Shown in pieces: positions 59,825 through 64,000 of a DNA stretch of 64,000 nucleotides. The translations under genes and the position numbers were made by a program. How positions within the stretch are numbered: position 1 is the stretch's first letter; each line of letters opens with the position of its first letter. Source of the stretch: Zygnema circumcarinatum SAG 698-1b (Eukaryota; Plantae; Zygnematophyceae); NCBI GenBank assembly GCA_037447605.1, contig CM074804.1:5061909-5125908 (forward strand), read 5' to 3'. The notes under the pieces are model-generated. The model saw only the letters and a list, made by a program, of their open reading frames with translations. It was not told the DNA's origin and did no database searches.

Positions 59825-62417
59825 TTATAACCGGCTTCTTGAAGGAATTGCAGCCAGAGGACCCAGTTCTTTGACCCGGGCCCTTAGCAGAAATTTTTGT
59901 ACTTTTCCAGTCGAGGTTTTAGGAAGGTCTGAAAAGATGACAGTTTTGGGAATCATGAATTTGGGAAGATTTTCTTTGCAAAACCGGATAATGTCTTCCG
60001 CTTTCACAGATCCGGCAGCGCACTCCTCCCGCAGGGTGAGGAAGGCGCAGGGACTCTCACCCCACGTCTCATCTGGTCGACCAACGACTGCGGCTTCTAA
60101 AACAGCCGGATGTTTGTAAAGAGCACTTTCCACCTCAATGGAGCTGATATTTTCCCCTCCAGAAATTATAATGTCCTTCGCCCTATCCTTTACCTCCGCG
60201 TATCCGTCAGGATGCATGACCGCCAAATCACCAGAATGAAAGAACCCACCCCTGAAGGCTTCATTCGTCGCCTTCTCATCATGCAAATATCCCTTCATTA
60301 CCGTGTACCCCTTGATCATTATCTCTCCAATGGTTTTTCCATCTGCAGGCACCGGAGACATGGACTCCGGGTCGCACACCTCCACTTCCACGAGGCCCAA
60401 GTGCTTCACTCCTTGCCTTGCCTTCAATCGCGCTCTTTCTGCAGATGGCAGGTCGTCCCACTCCTCCTTCCATGCGCACACAAGAGCCGGACCATACACC
60501 TCTGTGAGTCCGTATGCATGTGTCACATCAAAACCGATCTCCTCCATTCGCGATAGAACTGTGGGGGGTGGCGGTGCTCCTCCAGTCAACACCTTCACCT
60601 TGTGATTGAACTGTACCCGTTCGCCTTCAGGTGCGGTCACGAGAGCGTTCAACACTATGGGTGCTCCACAAAGCAGCGTCGCCTGGTGTTCAGCTATGGC
60701 GTCAAAGACACTTTTGGCAATCACGTTGCGTAAGCAGATGTTAGTACCTGCTAAAGCGGCCATGACCCACGGAAAGCACCAACCGTTGCAGTGAAACATT
60801 GGAAGAGTCCATACACAGACAGTCCCAGCAGGAAGTTCCATCATCATAGCAGTGCTGAGAGCATTAAGGAAAGCGCCTCGATGCGAGTATACGACACCCT
60901 TCGGTTGCGAGGTCGTTCCTGATGTATAGTTGACAGATATCGAGTTCCATTCATCCGAAGGACGGATCCAATTGAACTCAGGGTTTCCTTCCCTAAGGAA
61001 ATCTTCATATTCATACAAGTTTGAAACCAAGGGCAAAAGTTCGGACGTATCAAAATGTTGGTAGGCAGTGTCTGCAATCACCACAAGCAGTGGCTTTGGA
61101 AATTGTTCCTGCACAGAGGGGAAAGGAGGAGAGGGTCGCGTTTAGCAGCTTAGACCGATAATCTGAATTGAGGCCTAAGAGACTGAATTCTTCAATAATT
61201 TTGAAACGAACTGAAAAATCCCCTGCATTCTGCGGGCCTACCAATATTAGGGCCAAACGGTGAGACGTTGCTTTCTGAATGAAGATTAGAACTATCTTGT
61301 GGTCAGATAGGAGCTCAAACGTCACAAACAAGAAGCAACAAAAGTTAATGAAGTTAAACATCCACAACCTTAAATTGAGTGAGCCGGTAAAGGACAAATG
61401 CGCAACCACCACCGAACCACCATCCTTGACCGACTTCAACTTTCCTCCATCATACTTGTTATCTGCTCAATTGTTCTACACCCCAATTTTAATTCTTACG
61501 CTGTTGAATACTGAGCTATTTCATACAACCCTTCAGTTGACATGATTGCGGCTTAATCGTATCGCACCTTCTCACCTGCCAGCTTCGTCAGTGCAGCTGT
61601 GGCGACTGGCAGGAGCTGTACATCTACCAGCAGCGCTACTGCCTGGCTGTGCTGAAGAAGTCGAGCTGTCGTATTTGCATCCAGTCGCACATTGATGGCG
61701 TTAAGAATTGCAGCAGCCATGGGAACTCCAAAGTGCGCTTCATAAATTGCAGGGACGTTTGGAGCCAAGACTGCCACCTGCGAAAAATTCAAGATTGGAT
61801 ATTTTGGCGCTAGTTACCTCCTCATTTTGCAATTTCTGCTTCACGGCTACTAAAGTCCTCTGATCGTAGGCATTGTGCTGACGATTCCAATTGCACGCAA
61901 TAAAAATCTAGGTCATCTCAGCAGTTGCCAATTCCTCCAATTTCAGAGACGAGAATTTATTGTACAGGATTTTCGAGTAGCCGAAGAATAAATGAGCTGC
62001 TTTCTTGCTGAAACCAAGCGCATTGAACGCTTTGCAGAAGACAATGATTTGCACTCTGATCGTGTAAACGTTCGTGCTGAAACGGCATGTACTCAGAAAA
62101 CAATAAGTTCACAAAAATCTCTCAGATTTCGGGCTTTGTGATGCTGTGTTTGCGTAACAATGCAAGCTACCAGGCACGCCCGTACGCACTGTGGCGCCTT
62201 CCCCGACGCCATGCCGCCGTAGTGCGCTCGCCAGCTGGCGGCATCTGGAAAACGTCTGTGACCAAGTGATGCGCCTGCTGCCATACACTAGCGCGACCCT
62301 TTCAGGATACACCTGCGCAGAGCGCTCGATGAAGGAGAGCGGAGTAAGAGCTACATCATTGGCAGCGCAACGCAGCAATCCCTTCTCCCGCTGCGGAGCC
62401 TCCCCCATGGCTGCCAT
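59825..62417 (-). CDS. Peroxisomal acyl-activating enzyme (AAE1/AAE7-like short-chain acyl-CoA ligase), 3 exons
   Basis: ANDVALTPLSFIER, AMP-binding YTSGTTSQPKGV, LPMFHCNGW, YGLTE, FHSGDL, KDRAKDIIISGGENISSIEVE, PKTSTGKVQK; C-terminal PTS1 SRL. Confidence 0.95.
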
Positions 62418-62952
62418 TCAGCTACAAGGCTCCCCAACAAGGCCTGCGAGTGGAGGGCCGTCCGACTCTCCTGCAGGCCGGAGGGCGACAGGCGCGGGCC
62501 GGTTCCATGCTGCGGCCGTACAGCGCGACGACGCCACAGTTCCAGTTGCCTCTGCCGGTTCCATGCGCGTTTGTCGTAGCTTCTCAATTTCAAAGGTGGC
62601 ATGGCTGACCAGGCTGGTCAACCATCCGGCCTGTTCTTGAAGGGCTCTAAAAATGTAAAGAGACCCAAAGGGCCAGTGATGCAGCGCCGCGTGCATGGGA
62701 GGGAGCGCCATGGAGCGTCCTCCAGTGGGCTGGCCCTTTCTCGGATCCCTCCGGAGCATAGTACAAAGGCTGTGGGCAAAATGTGATTTTAACAGTTGCT
62801 TTTCTTCAGAACGCACAACAGAGCCGTGACTAAATTCCTTATTCTTCTCTAGCCTCCTATAATTGCACAAAAAATGAGTACAGCTTGCACTATATACACT
62901 CGCTGAGAACAAATTACACGAATTACGACTCAACTTCTACGACAAAAGAATA

Positions 62953-63598
62953 TTACCATTGCTGGATGTCCTCTTGAGTTCTTTCATAACCGTCACCTCT
63001 TCTACTTGTCCGCTCGTCATCTTGTGTCTTCTTTGCACTCTCCCCTACAATGTCTGCATCCTCTACCCTTTCAGAAAGTATCCTTCGTCTTGTGTGTGAA
63101 GTATGGCGGTGGTGCCTTCCCGGAATTTCCCGCTCTGCTGAAATAACCAGGCGGCGCAGGGCTAATTCTCCGTCTTCTGGGTAAACGACAGGCTTCAAAG
63201 GTCGCCGCACCTGCACCTCATGCTCTTGCGCCTGCCCCTGCTGCCTCCCTTCACTGCCTCTGTCGTCTGCCATAGCCTCTCCCCCTCTGCTCCTGTTCCG
63301 GCGCGTTGATAACGCCACAAGAGCCTCCCCTGCAACAGCCAGGGACTGTGTAGACTTCAAGTACCGCCGTCGTCGGTGCAACAAGAAGTTCACGCTGGGT
63401 ACTTTCTTTGCAAGGGCCCTCCACACCATGTACGTGGCATCGAAGGATCTGGACGGAAACCGGTACTCAAAGTGCACCTCCACCTGTTTCAGTCGCTCCC
63501 ACATGGCGGTCCATTCATCTGACTTCATGCCACGCAGCAGTGACAGGAGGTGCCCAGGAACTAACGAGTCGTTTCCTCGCACAAATATGCAGAACTCA
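62953..63598 (-). CDS. Last exon of an exostosin/GT47 glycosyltransferase (ARAD1-like); the rest lies beyond the window
   Basis: Acceptor CAG at 63601-63599, then EFCIFVRGNDSLVPGHLLSLLRGMKSDEWTAMWERLKQVEVHFEYRFPS...DATYMVWRALAKK, the conserved C-terminus of ARAD-type GT47. Confidence 0.8.
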
Positions 63599-64000
63599 CT
63601 GTACGCCCAACAGCAGAAGCTCGTGGGTAATATAAGTCCACAAAAGCGGCCAAACGTTTCTAGAAGGCGACAAACTTATACCACATCCCCTTGTGTATCC
63701 AGGAACTGGATCTCCCAAGGTCGACTATTATATGACTAATTGACGCGCATTATAGTTAACACCCACTCCATAAAACACAGACTTTACACTTGTTACATGA
63801 GACCTTTATGGAAAGCCATATGCTCAAGCTTGCAACATCACCTTGTTCTACTGACCGGAATAGCTCAATTTTAGTCAAATGGCCGACAATGGGCTGATTG
63901 TAACTGTTCAACTGCTGAGATTCCCAATCCACTGTATACTGCGTGCAAATATCTAGCCTAATGGGCTATCAGGTGGTTTTGAAAATGCCCCAGAGGGTGA

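Noticed and set aside
62418-62933. 171-aa ORF directly upstream of the AAE start
   Set aside because: Non-ATG start, spans the GT47 3' UTR and AAE promoter, no motif; likely chance.
4873-63598. A co-functional gene cluster (e.g. stress or ABA pathway)
   Set aside because: Neighbouring genes cover unrelated processes (N-glycosylation, splicing, chromatin, peroxisomal metabolism); nothing in the sequence supports a shared pathway.

Overview
Eukaryotic, intron-rich nuclear DNA from a streptophyte (plant-type orthologues; most likely a non-vascular streptophyte or charophyte alga, species not determinable from sequence alone). About 15 protein-coding genes could be reconstructed by joining ORF fragments at splice sites: the 5' end of a probable cytochrome-b5-domain protein, ALG9, a bacterial-type GH63 mannosyl/glucosylglycerate hydrolase, an orphan Cys-rich single-pass membrane protein, a PLAC8/PCR protein, a SAM methyltransferase, a BI-1/LIFEGUARD protein, ING1, a hypothetical protein, a plant-type aldehyde oxidase, an atypical PHR1-like MYB-CC factor, an intronless ARM-methyltransferase fusion, SLU7, a peroxisomal acyl-activating enzyme and the last exon of a GT47 exostosin. 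The intergenic DNA is dense with small non-autonomous mobile elements. The most unusual are a hAT-like MITE family of palindromic CCATTG/CAATGG arrays around a tRNA-like core, a three-level nest of elements at 16.1-18.4 kb, and five 3'-end copies of a probable RLE-type non-LTR retrotransposon sharing a conserved hairpin. All family assignments come from motif recognition by eye; no searches were run.
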